From the NCBI GenBank assembly GCA_038320645.1, contig JBBQEL010000008.1, positions 14,437 through 78,436 of the forward strand: a stretch of DNA of 64,000 nucleotides, read 5' to 3'. This stretch comes from Holophagales bacterium (lineage in GTDB: Bacteria > Acidobacteriota > Holophagae > Holophagales > Holophagaceae). The notes under the pieces are model-generated. The model had not been told where the DNA came from and made no database searches. It saw nothing but the letters and a program-made list of their open reading frames with translations. A program made the translations under genes and the position numbers. Shown one piece after another: positions 29,113 through 38,054 of this stretch (its first letter is position 1; each line of letters starts with the position of its first letter).

Positions 29113-30891
29113 ATGCGCGCATCCCCCTTTTTCATGCTGATTCTCCTCACGGGCCTGAGCCTGCTGGGGCAGGTCGGCCCAACCCAGGCTTTCCGCCAGT
29201 GGCTGGGCGGCCAGGAGGTGGGCGGCTCGACCCTGGAACTGCGCCAGCAGGGAAGTGCCAGCGCACGCCATTCCCGGGAATGGATGGTCCTGTCCCGCCT
29301 TGGCCAGGAGATCCGTCAGGACCTCAGCCAGACCGCCCGCAAGGAAGCGGACGGCACCCTGACCTTTACCTGGCGGCTGCAGCTCTCCGCCGAGCCGTTT
29401 GAGGGCCGGGCCGAGTGGTCTCCGCGTGAACCGGGGGTGCTGTCCATCCACCCCACCCATGGCCCTGCGGTTCGGAAAGCAGTGCCAGAAGGGGCGCTGC
29501 TCTGGCCCGAGGACCTGGAATCCCGTCTGAAAGAGGCGGCGCGTACCGGCCGCCCGGTCCAGGCAACCATCTTCTCCTTCCCGGTCCAGCAGTGGAGCGT
29601 CATCCGGCTGGAGCACCGGGGCGCGGCGCCCTTGCCGGGCTTTCCCGATGCGGTGCGGTTCACCGGCGAGGAGCGCGAGGGCACCGTCGCCACCTCCGTC
29701 GAGGTCTGGGTCTCACCCACCGCCGGCGAGCTTCGCCACCGGACCGAACTCATGGGGATGGAGGTGCTCATGCAGCGGGCCGAACTCCCGGCACCGCGCC
29801 CGGCCAAGGCGCCCGCCCAGGGCTTCTTCGAGCGGTCCCTCCTGAAGCTTCCGCCCCACCCCTTCCTGCCCTGGATTCCGGAAGTCACCTTGCGGGTGGA
29901 GGGCACGCTCCCCGAGTTGCCCGAGGACGCCCAGCAGAGCCGCCTTCCGCATGGGCGCTGGCGCTTCCGGCGGGCGGCGCCCCCCACTGCGGTCGAGGCC
30001 GCCCAGCCGCCGGTCACCGGCACGCCGACCTCCGAAGAAGCCCGTTACCTGGCGCCCAGTCCCCTGGTTCCCTATCAGGATCCCGCTTTTGACGGCTTGA
30101 TCCGCCGCATGGCCCTGCCCAAGGGCTTGTCGCGCTGGGAGCTGGCGCGGCGCGTGAATACCTTCGTCTTCGAATGGATCACCGACAAGGACTACTCCGT
30201 GGGCTTCGCTTCGGCCCTTGAGGTCTGCCGGAACCCCCGGGGAGACTGTACCGAGCACGGTGTCCTGGCCGTGGCCCTCCTCCGGCGGCTGGGCGTACCC
30301 GCCCGGGGCGTCACCGGCTGGGTGGGCCTGAACGATCTGCTCGGGATCCATTTCTGGGTGGAGGTCCGCCTGCAGGACCGTTGGGTGCCCATGGATCCCA
30401 CCTTCGACCAGGTCCCCGCCTCGGTCCTCCACATCAAGCTGGGGACCACGGATCTGGCGGACCTGGGCAGCATCGGCTGGGAGGGTGAGGCGACGGACCT
30501 TTCCCGCGTGCGCTGGATTCCGGAGCGGGAGGGCGCTCGCCCCTGGGGCGAAGCCCTGGCGGTCAGGGGCGACCAGGTCAGCGGGCCGGAAGGTCTCTCT
30601 CTGCGGCTCCCGGGAGGCCGCTGGGAGCTCCAGAAGGGTGTGCTGCGACTCCGCACCCCCAAGGGCGGTCCGTGGCGGATCCAGGCCGCAACCCGGCCCA
30701 GCGGGGCCCACCTCGCGGGGGCCCGGCGTCTGGCGGGAGCACGCTCCCTGCGGGTTGGCTGGTGGGGCCCTACTTCCCACCAGCTGTGGATGGACCTGGG
30801 AGAAGGCCGCTGGCTCCAGGTGGACGAGGTGTCGGAGGGCGAAGCCTTCGATCTGCTGGATCAGCTGCTGGCGACCGCCAGTTCCTCCTGA
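29113..30891 (+). CDS. Secreted transglutaminase-like (Cys-His-Asp) protein
   Basis: GDCTEHGVLAVALLRRLGVPARGV...HFWVEV...WVPMDPT; N-terminal signal peptide. Confidence 0.85.
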   Translation: MRASPFFMLILLTGLSLLGQVGPTQAFRQWLGGQEVGGSTLELRQQGSASARHSREWMVLSRLGQEIRQDLSQTARKEADGTLTFTWRLQLSAEPFEGRAEWSPREPGVLSIHPTHGPAVRKAVPEGALLWPEDLESRLKEAARTGRPVQATIFSFPVQQWSVIRLEHRGAAPLPGFPDAVRFTGEEREGTVATSVEVWVSPTAGELRHRTELMGMEVLMQRAELPAPRPAKAPAQGFFERSLLKLPPHPFLPWIPEVTLRVEGTLPELPEDAQQSRLPHGRWRFRRAAPPTAVEAAQPPVTGTPTSEEARYLAPSPLVPYQDPAFDGLIRRMALPKGLSRWELARRVNTFVFEWITDKDYSVGFASALEVCRNPRGDCTEHGVLAVALLRRLGVPARGVTGWVGLNDLLGIHFWVEVRLQDRWVPMDPTFDQVPASVLHIKLGTTDLADLGSIGWEGEATDLSRVRWIPEREGARPWGEALAVRGDQVSGPEGLSLRLPGGRWELQKGVLRLRTPKGGPWRIQAATRPSGAHLAGARRLAGARSLRVGWWGPTSHQLWMDLGEGRWLQVDEVSEGEAFDLLDQLLATASSS

Positions 30892-31364
30892 AGCCCCCCC
30901 TGCAGGGCGCAGTGGTCCCGGAGGCGCTCCAGATGGTTCGCCATGACAAGGCACTCATCCTCGTCGCAGCAGCTGGTAAGGCGCGTGGCCATCTCCTGCA
31001 CTGGCTCGTCCAGCCGCTCCATGAGGCGGCGGCCCTTGGGCGTGATCACCACGCGGCTGACGCGACGGTCCTTCGGATCGGCCACCCGCTTGAGCAGCCC
31101 CTGGATTTCCAGCCGGTCCACCAGCCGCGTGACGTTGGCGAAACGGTAGATCATGCGCCGCTCGATCTCGTAGATCGGGTGCCCCTTGACCGGCCCGCCC
31201 CGCACGATGCGGAGTACATTGTACTGCTGGATCGTCAGCCCGTGAGCCTCGAAGAGCCGCTCCTGGACACGGACCACGGCCTCGCGGGTCAGCATCAGCT
31301 GAAGCATCAACTGGACGCCGGGAGCGGGTAGCTTGGACATTTGGAGTTCTTCCTGTAGGGACAT
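30861..31364 (-). CDS. MarR-family regulator
   Basis: HGLTIQQYNVLRI, NVTRLVDRLE, DPKDRRVSRVVITPKG. Confidence 0.92.
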   Translation of the reverse strand: MSLQEELQMSKLPAPGVQLMLQLMLTREAVVRVQERLFEAHGLTIQQYNVLRIVRGGPVKGHPIYEIERRMIYRFANVTRLVDRLEIQGLLKRVADPKDRRVSRVVITPKGRRLMERLDEPVQEMATRLTSCCDEDECLVMANHLERLRDHCALQGGLQEELAVASS

Positions 31365-31436
31365 CGGCACCTCTGAAGACTTTGGGGGCAAGGATCAACC
31401 CATCCATGGGATTCTGGAAGGTCCAAGGAGCCATTC

Positions 31437-33365
31437 TTGCCATCCATCGCCCTGAGTTTGATCAATGTCACGAAACGATATGGCGCGACACCCATTCTGG
31501 ATGGACTGAGCCTCGGTCTCTTCCAAGGCGAAAAGGTGGGCCTCATCGGTGCCAACGGCGCGGGCAAGAGCACACTCTTCCGCCTGCTGTCCGGTGACGA
31601 GACGCCTGATTCCGGCGAACTGGTGGTCACTCAGGGCCAGCGCATCGCCCGGCTCAGCCAGGAACCCCACTTCACCCCCGGAGCCACGGTCCGACAGGCT
31701 CTCGAGGCTGCGCTGGCGGACCACGCCGCCTTTCTGGCCCGGCATCAGGAGATCCACGACCGCCTACACGGGGCCGAAGCCGGGGCCGAAGCCCGCTTGT
31801 TTGACGAACTGCAAACCATCGAGCATCACCTGGATCACTGGGGCTGGGATCTCATGCCCCGGCTGAAGGCGGCGGCCACCACCTGGGGCCTGGAAGATCT
31901 GGATGCCGAGGTGGAATCCCTTTCCGGCGGCTGGCGGAAGCGCGTGGCCCTGGCCCAGGCCTGGCTCAAAGAACCGGACATCCTGGTGCTTGACGAGCCG
32001 ACCAATCACCTCGATCCCGACCAGGTGGAGCGGCTGGAGGCATGGCTGCAGGCCTACGAGGGCGCCCTGCTCCTCATCACCCATGACCGCCATCTGCTGG
32101 ATGGCGTGGTGACGCGGATGCTGGAACTGGAGGAGGGAACCCTCCGGAGCTATGAGGGCGGCTACAGCGACTACCTGCTGGAGAAGTCCGACCGCGAATT
32201 CCGCGAGGCCCGGCTTACCGAGCACATGCAGAACCGGCTACGCCGGGAAATGGCCTGGCTCCGCCGCGGTGCCAAGGCCCGGACACGCAAATCCAAGCTG
32301 CGCATCCAGGAAGTGCTCGACCTCAAGGACTCGGTGGAGGACCGTACCCGCCTGGAGCTCCGCCAGGGCCTGGGTTTCGCCGCCGGCGCCAACCGGAGCG
32401 ACGCGCTGCTCCGGGCCGAGGGCGTCCACTTCGCCTACAAGGGCGGGGTCGAACTCCTGGGAGGTCTGGAGCTCAGCCTCCAGCGCGGGATGCGCATCGC
32501 CCTGCTGGGCCCGAACGGCTGCGGGAAATCCACCCTGCTGAAGCTCCTGCTGGGGGAACTGGAGCCGACCAGCGGCGAACTGACCCGCCACCCGAAACTG
32601 GCGATCACGGCCATTTCACAGGGGCGCGGAGAACTCGACGGCACCCGGACCATCCTGGACAACCTGGCGGATCGCGCTTCGATCGTGGATACCGGCAACG
32701 GTTCAGTGCTGGCCCATGTCTACCTCACGCGCTTCGGTTTTCCCGTGGACCAGCAGAACCGCTCGGCCGCCACCCTCAGCGGAGGGGAACGGAACCGCCT
32801 GCTCCTGGCCAAGGCCATGCTCAGTCCCGCGGACCTGCTGGTGCTGGACGAGCCCACCAACGATCTGGACATCCCCACCCTCCAGAACCTCGAAGAGGCC
32901 CTCATGGGCTTCGGCGGCACCCTCCTCCTGGTGAGCCACGACCGGTTCTTCCTCGACCAGGTGGCCACGCACACCCTGGCCTGGAACGGCGGCGGCGCAC
33001 CCCTCTGGGAACTCTATGAGGGACCGCCCTCCACCGTTCGCAGTCTGCGGGAGGCGCGCGCGGCAACCCAGACTCCCGCCCGGACGGAACCGCTCCGCCC
33101 GGCCGCCCGGGCCGACGCGGCCAGAACCAGGAAGCCCGGTCTCTCCCAGAAGGAACAGCGCCGCCTGGCGGAAGTCGAGCAGATCATGGTCGGGGTCCAC
33201 CGCCGGGTGGCAGACCTCGACGGGATCCTGGCCGATTCCGCCGCTTTCCTGCGCGCCGACAGTCCCGGGCACCAGGCCCTGAAAGATCGGGCGACCTCGC
33301 AGGCAGAGATGGAAGTACTGGAACTGGAATGGCTGGAGCTCGAGGAGAAGCGGGCGGAAACCTGA
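31437..33365 (+). CDS. uup: ABC-F family ATPase (Uup-like)
   Basis: Two ABC cassettes (GANGAGKS/LSGGWRKR/DEPTNHLD and GPNGCGKS/LSGGERNR/DEPTNDLD), WLRRGAKARTRK linker, C-terminal coiled coil. Confidence 0.85.
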   Translation: MPSIALSLINVTKRYGATPILDGLSLGLFQGEKVGLIGANGAGKSTLFRLLSGDETPDSGELVVTQGQRIARLSQEPHFTPGATVRQALEAALADHAAFLARHQEIHDRLHGAEAGAEARLFDELQTIEHHLDHWGWDLMPRLKAAATTWGLEDLDAEVESLSGGWRKRVALAQAWLKEPDILVLDEPTNHLDPDQVERLEAWLQAYEGALLLITHDRHLLDGVVTRMLELEEGTLRSYEGGYSDYLLEKSDREFREARLTEHMQNRLRREMAWLRRGAKARTRKSKLRIQEVLDLKDSVEDRTRLELRQGLGFAAGANRSDALLRAEGVHFAYKGGVELLGGLELSLQRGMRIALLGPNGCGKSTLLKLLLGELEPTSGELTRHPKLAITAISQGRGELDGTRTILDNLADRASIVDTGNGSVLAHVYLTRFGFPVDQQNRSAATLSGGERNRLLLAKAMLSPADLLVLDEPTNDLDIPTLQNLEEALMGFGGTLLLVSHDRFFLDQVATHTLAWNGGGAPLWELYEGPPSTVRSLREARAATQTPARTEPLRPAARADAARTRKPGLSQKEQRRLAEVEQIMVGVHRRVADLDGILADSAAFLRADSPGHQALKDRATSQAEMEVLELEWLELEEKRAET

Positions 33366-33446
33366 TCTCGTCACAACTTCGCAAGGTAGGGACACCCCGC
33401 CCCGGCCTTTTCGCTACCCTGGATCCTGGACTTTTCTGGAGTGCCC

Positions 33447-34493
33447 ATGCGCCCGCTGCCCTTCCTGCTCATTCCCACCGTCGCCCTGGTCGCCCAGGCT
33501 CCCGCCAATGTGGACCTCGTCCAACGGTTCAACACCGAACTCCCGGGCGTCAACCAGATGCTCAAGGAGCTCAAGACCCAGGAAGCCCTGACCAAGGTCC
33601 AGGGCCTGATCCCGGCAGAACGGCCGGCGTTCAACGGAGCGAACCTCCAGACCATCGTCCAAAGCCTGGATAGCACCCCCGGTCTGCTTTCCCTCTACAA
33701 GCTCTGGGCGAATGTGGCCTCAGAGGCCGGGCATTGGGAGAAGGCCGTGGAGGTCCAGGAGAAGCGTGCCCAGGTCGCCAGCGCCGTGCTGGCCGATCTG
33801 GAAAAAGCCCAGGCCCCCATCGCCGCCCAATGGAAGAAAGTGGCCCAGGACTCCAGCGAGTACATCACCAAGAACGAGCCGAGAAAGAAAGAGCTTGAGG
33901 CCAAGGTCAATGCCTTCACTGTCGAGCGGGAAGCCCTCAACGCTGACATCAAGGCAGGGAAGAAAAAGCTCACTAAGAAGGACGTGGAGGAGTTCAACGC
34001 CAGGGCCGCCCAGGTCCAGCAGGACCAGCAGGACCTTGAGCAGATTCTGGCCACCCTGCCCGTTCACAAGCAGAATCTGACCAATGCCCCCAAGGTCGCC
34101 AAGATTCTCGCGGACAATCGCAAGGAGGCTGACGGGATGGTCAAAGCCGCCGACGAGGCCGTGGCCAAGGCGAAGATGGTCGTGTCTGTCCAGAATGATG
34201 AGATCACGGCCTTCAACACCAAGCAGGTGATGCAGAAGGTCAAGATCGTCGGGAAGAAGAACTGGGTGGATGCCGTCCTGCGCAATCACGACAACGTGAC
34301 CAAACGGACCCTCAATAACGAAACCAAGCCCGCCACGCCCCAGGAGCAGGTCGCTTTCCTGAATCGCTTGCTGGTGCTGGATCCCGGCAATGCCGGCACC
34401 CAGAAGGCCCTCGACAACCTGAAGGCCGGCAAGGACGCCTTCGTGAAGGAGCCGGGTCCGGCCAAGAAGGCCAGTCCGAAGAAGAAAAAGTAG
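33447..34493 (+). CDS. Secreted helical/coiled-coil hypothetical protein (paralog A)
   Basis: Signal peptide, all-helical, GHWEKA and RLLVLDPGN, Lys-rich tail. Confidence 0.75.
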   Translation: MRPLPFLLIPTVALVAQAPANVDLVQRFNTELPGVNQMLKELKTQEALTKVQGLIPAERPAFNGANLQTIVQSLDSTPGLLSLYKLWANVASEAGHWEKAVEVQEKRAQVASAVLADLEKAQAPIAAQWKKVAQDSSEYITKNEPRKKELEAKVNAFTVEREALNADIKAGKKKLTKKDVEEFNARAAQVQQDQQDLEQILATLPVHKQNLTNAPKVAKILADNRKEADGMVKAADEAVAKAKMVVSVQNDEITAFNTKQVMQKVKIVGKKNWVDAVLRNHDNVTKRTLNNETKPATPQEQVAFLNRLLVLDPGNAGTQKALDNLKAGKDAFVKEPGPAKKASPKKKK

Positions 34494-34537
34494 TCCCGAC
34501 TCTGTCCCATTCTGGCTAGACGCTGAGAGGAGCGACC

Positions 34538-35395
34538 ATGACCCGCTTCGGATTCCTGCTTGCCTGCGCCATGGCCGCGAGCCTGGGTGCCCAGAACCTC
34601 ACCGACCGCTTCAAGGAGGTCCGGGGCCCCTGGGAGCTCCAACTGGAGCGGGGCGAGGCGCCCATGGTCCGCAAGGGCGTGGAAGCCCTGCTCGGACGGG
34701 ATGGCCTCACAGTGAATCCTTCGGACTACAACGATATGCACGCCCTGGTGGCCCTGCGCGGTTTGGCGGCCAGGGCCTGCGTCTCGGAGGGCAGTTGGGA
34801 AGATGCGCTGACCCATTTCCAGAAAGCCCAGTCGGCCGCCGAGGAAAACCTTGCCACGGCCGAGCCGCTCCTCGCCAAGACCCGCATGGAGCACGAACTG
34901 AAGCTCAAGGAGTTCAGGGATGCCCTGGTCCGGCAGTCGCCCCGCCTCAGGGAACTGAATGAGGCCCCCGGACTCAGCCAGGAGCAGTTGAAACTCCGCC
35001 AGCAGTTGAAGATCTTCATGGACGAACAGCAGGCGGCGATCGCCCACAGCGAAAGGGCACTGAAGGACATCGAAGGCATCCTCGCCCGGCTGCGCCAAGC
35101 CAAAGAGACCACGACCAAGGCCGCGGCAGACTGGCAGGCCTTTCTCGCGGCGGAAAAGGCCGAAGTGGCCGAGGCCACAGGCATGACACGCTTCGTGGCC
35201 GAGAAGCTTGATCAGGTGAAGGCCGACGATGCGCGGCCCCGGCAAGAGCGGCTGGCCTACGCCCGTCGGCTCCAGAAACTGGATCCCTCCAACAAGGATG
35301 TCCCCAGACTGGTGAACGGGCTTCTGGGCAAGGAGGAAGACACGGAACCCGTGAAACCCAAGAAAAAGAAGAAATCGGTCCCGAAGAAAAGTTAG
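34538..35395 (+). CDS. Secreted helical/coiled-coil hypothetical protein (paralog B)
   Basis: Signal peptide, GSWEDA and RLQKLDPSN, Lys-rich tail; GAGGAG RBS. Confidence 0.75.
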   Translation: MTRFGFLLACAMAASLGAQNLTDRFKEVRGPWELQLERGEAPMVRKGVEALLGRDGLTVNPSDYNDMHALVALRGLAARACVSEGSWEDALTHFQKAQSAAEENLATAEPLLAKTRMEHELKLKEFRDALVRQSPRLRELNEAPGLSQEQLKLRQQLKIFMDEQQAAIAHSERALKDIEGILARLRQAKETTTKAAADWQAFLAAEKAEVAEATGMTRFVAEKLDQVKADDARPRQERLAYARRLQKLDPSNKDVPRLVNGLLGKEEDTEPVKPKKKKKSVPKKS

Positions 35396-35406
35396 TTCCC
35401 TTCATG

Positions 35407-35446
35407 CTCCAAAATCATGGCCCCGTTCGGGGCCATGATTTTGGAG
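35407..35446. terminator. Bidirectional intrinsic terminator
   Basis: ctccaaaatcatggcccc-gttc-ggggccatgattttggag, an 18-bp stem between convergent genes. Confidence 0.85.
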
Positions 35447-35458
35447 GTCATGTGTTGG

Positions 35459-36124
35459 CTAGAAGACGAAGCCGAAGCCGAGCTTCAGGTAGTCGGTGCT
35501 GGGCGGCTCTCCGGCGCTGATATCGTTCCCGGTGAGCGTCTTGTGGAAGGTGGCCTCCAGGGTGAAGCGCATACCGGCGTCGTACCCGAAGCTGTGTCCG
35601 ATGCCCCCGGTGGCACCCAGCCGGCTCTTGCGGGTGGTGTCGACGTCGTAGTTGTTGTAGTAGGAGGTGGAGAGATCACCGTAACTGCGGTCGAACTGCT
35701 CGAAATCCGCTGAGAGACCCGCCACGAAGTAGAGGCCACGGTGCCGGAAGGCCGTGCCCTGGGGGAAGATCTGCAGCTCCCCGCCGAGGTTGAACTGGGA
35801 GTGCCGCAGGTTCTGCGTGGTATAGCCCGGGGCCCGGCTCGCGCCGTTCTCGGCGGACCCGCTGAGGTTGAGCCGGAGGGCGAGCATCCGGTCCATGGGG
35901 AAGCTGACCGTGAAGCTGCCGCCGATACCCACGTCATAGGTCTCTTTTTCGTTCAGGACGAGGCTGCCCGAAGTTGTGTAGTACGGCGGATAGGACTTGC
36001 TGGCGAAATCCCCTGTGGGGAACAACAGGTTGAGGCTGAAGCCGATGTGCGGGCTCTGGGCCTTCAGGGCAGATCCTGAGGCCAGGATGAGGGGAAGGAC
36101 GAGCAGGGTTGCGGCGTGGCGCAT
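35459..36124 (-). CDS. Outer-membrane beta-barrel protein
   Basis: Signal peptide, alternating amphipathic strands, C-terminal YLKLGFGFVF. Confidence 0.8.
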   Translation of the reverse strand: MRHAATLLVLPLILASGSALKAQSPHIGFSLNLLFPTGDFASKSYPPYYTTSGSLVLNEKETYDVGIGGSFTVSFPMDRMLALRLNLSGSAENGASRAPGYTTQNLRHSQFNLGGELQIFPQGTAFRHRGLYFVAGLSADFEQFDRSYGDLSTSYYNNYDVDTTRKSRLGATGGIGHSFGYDAGMRFTLEATFHKTLTGNDISAGEPPSTDYLKLGFGFVF

Positions 36125-36154
36125 GGAACCTCCAGGTTGGACGATAGGACTACG

Positions 36155-36170
36155 AGCGAAGGGTGTGCCA
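36155..36170 (-). promoter_or_regulatory. Putative sigma-54 (-24/-12) promoter of the beta-barrel gene
   Basis: Minus strand TGGCACA-CCCT-TCGCT versus consensus TGGCACG-N4-TTGCW, with correct spacing, 30 nt upstream of the GGAGG/ATG. Confidence 0.5.
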
Positions 36171-36330
36171 GGTTACGCGAAAGGCCGTCAACCCTTGGAT
36201 GCGGATGGAAACGCGGTGGTTGAACCTCGGCCTCCATCGCTGCGTTTTGCCTCGGGTCGTTGCGGGATTGCAACGGCGGGCTTTGGGCAGAGACGATCAT
36301 GGCCTACTCTGATCGGGATGAGGATGGTTC

Positions 36331-37086
36331 ATGGCGTGGAAGCAGGATCTGGCGAAACTCAAGCAGCAACTTGGTCCGGAGCCGCCTGGCCCGAAGCCTC
36401 CTCCGCCCAAGGCTGCCCCCAAACCTGAGGGTCCAACCAGCCTCGTGGACGAGGACGCGGTCTTCCTGTCCGCCATGGGACTGAAACCGGCCGCTCCCCG
36501 CCCACCGAAGGCCCCCTTGCTGACGGAACCGCCCGGGGAGCAGCCCACGCTGAAGCCGCCGCCTGCCGAATCGTTCGAGGAGGCGATCAAGGAGCTGAAG
36601 GGCCTCAAGCCACTGGCGAAGGGTCTTTCGGACCCGCCGCCATCACCTCCGCCACATGCCCCGCCTGCAGGAGCAGCCAAGATCGCAAGGGAAGGCTCCG
36701 AACCGCCGTTGGCTCCCGCCCAGGTAGAACCTTCACCAGCAGAGGAGCCTGTGCGCCTCGCCCCCCCCCCGCAGCGCGTCATGCCCTTGCGGTTCCAACT
36801 GGCTGCGGGCATGGCCCTCGAAGTGGACGGCACTCTGGACCTCCGCGGTCATTCCCTCGCCGATGCCATCGAGCGCCTCAAGGACCGGTTGGGGGATGGC
36901 AGCGTCCTGGGTTGGCGCAGCCTGCAGGTGACCCTCGGTCCAAACCCGATCCTGCATGAAGGGCTGCTGGAACTCCTCGCCTCCGGGGAGGTGCCTATGG
37001 TCGCCCGGTTCGCCCAGGCGCCGATCCCCATGGGCGGTAATCAGGCCTGGCTACTCTATTTCGGGCCCCCCCCAACCCTATCCTGA
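36331..37086 (+). CDS. Pro-rich protein with degenerate C-terminal Smr domain
   Basis: DEDAVFLSAMG (Smr-associated N-motif), LDLRGHSLADAIERL, APIPMGGNQAWLLYF. Confidence 0.75.
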   Translation: MAWKQDLAKLKQQLGPEPPGPKPPPPKAAPKPEGPTSLVDEDAVFLSAMGLKPAAPRPPKAPLLTEPPGEQPTLKPPPAESFEEAIKELKGLKPLAKGLSDPPPSPPPHAPPAGAAKIAREGSEPPLAPAQVEPSPAEEPVRLAPPPQRVMPLRFQLAAGMALEVDGTLDLRGHSLADAIERLKDRLGDGSVLGWRSLQVTLGPNPILHEGLLELLASGEVPMVARFAQAPIPMGGNQAWLLYFGPPPTLS

Positions 37087-37108
37087 CCCCTCGCATGGAG
37101 CCTTGATC

Positions 37109-38020
37109 ATGAGTCTTTTGGTAGTCGGAAGCGTGGCCTTCGACGATCTGGAAACGCCCTTCGGGAGCCGCGAGCACGCCCTCGGTGGCTCGGCCACCTA
37201 CTTCTCCCTGAGCGCGAGCCGATTCCATCCGGTCCGGATCGTGGCGGTGGTAGGTGAGGATTTCGGCACCGACCAGATGCGCGTTTTCGAGGGGCGCCCC
37301 ATCGATCTGGCGGGCCTTTCCAGGGTCAAGGGCCTGAGCTTCCACTGGAAGGGGTCCTACGGGTATGACCTGAACGAGGCCAAGACACTGGCCACCGACC
37401 TGAATGTATTCGCGGATTTCCGCCCGGACCTCCCGGCGAGCTACCGTGAATCCCAGTTCCTCTTCCTGGGGAACATCGATCCCGTGCTCCAGCTCGACGT
37501 GGTGCGCCAGATGGCCGTGCGCCCCAGGTGGATCGCGCTGGACACCATGAACTACTGGATCCGGGGCGCCCGGCCCGCCCTGGAGGCCGTGCTCAAGGAA
37601 GTGGACATCCTCCTGGTGAATGACGCGGAAGTCCGTGAGTTGACGCAGGAGCACAGCCTCATCAAGGCCTACCGGAAGATCCAGGCCCTCGGCCCGCGCA
37701 TCCTGGTGGTCAAGCGGGGTGAGTACGGCGTCGCCCTCTTCACGCCGGATGGCATCTTCGCCGCACCAGCCTACCCCCTCGAAAACGTCTTCGATCCCAC
37801 GGGCGCCGGCGATACCTTCGCGGGTGGTTTCCTTGGTTATCTGGCCTGGATCGAACGCATCGATGTGACGGCCCTCAAGCATGCCGTCCTCGTCGGTTCC
37901 GTCATGGCCAGCTTCACGGTGGAACAGTTCTCCACCGAACGGCTGGAGCAGATATCTCAGGACGAAGTTCGCAACCGGTTGTCATTATTTTCAGATATGA
38001 TCCGCGTCGAAGACCTATAA
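37109..38020 (+). CDS. PfkB-family sugar/nucleoside kinase
   Basis: MSLLVVGSVAFD, LGGSATY, VKRGEYG, DPTGAGDTFAGGF. Confidence 0.92.
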   Translation: MSLLVVGSVAFDDLETPFGSREHALGGSATYFSLSASRFHPVRIVAVVGEDFGTDQMRVFEGRPIDLAGLSRVKGLSFHWKGSYGYDLNEAKTLATDLNVFADFRPDLPASYRESQFLFLGNIDPVLQLDVVRQMAVRPRWIALDTMNYWIRGARPALEAVLKEVDILLVNDAEVRELTQEHSLIKAYRKIQALGPRILVVKRGEYGVALFTPDGIFAAPAYPLENVFDPTGAGDTFAGGFLGYLAWIERIDVTALKHAVLVGSVMASFTVEQFSTERLEQISQDEVRNRLSLFSDMIRVEDL

Positions 38021-38054
38021 TCAGCGCTATCCAATCCTGACCCGGGGGTTCCAG

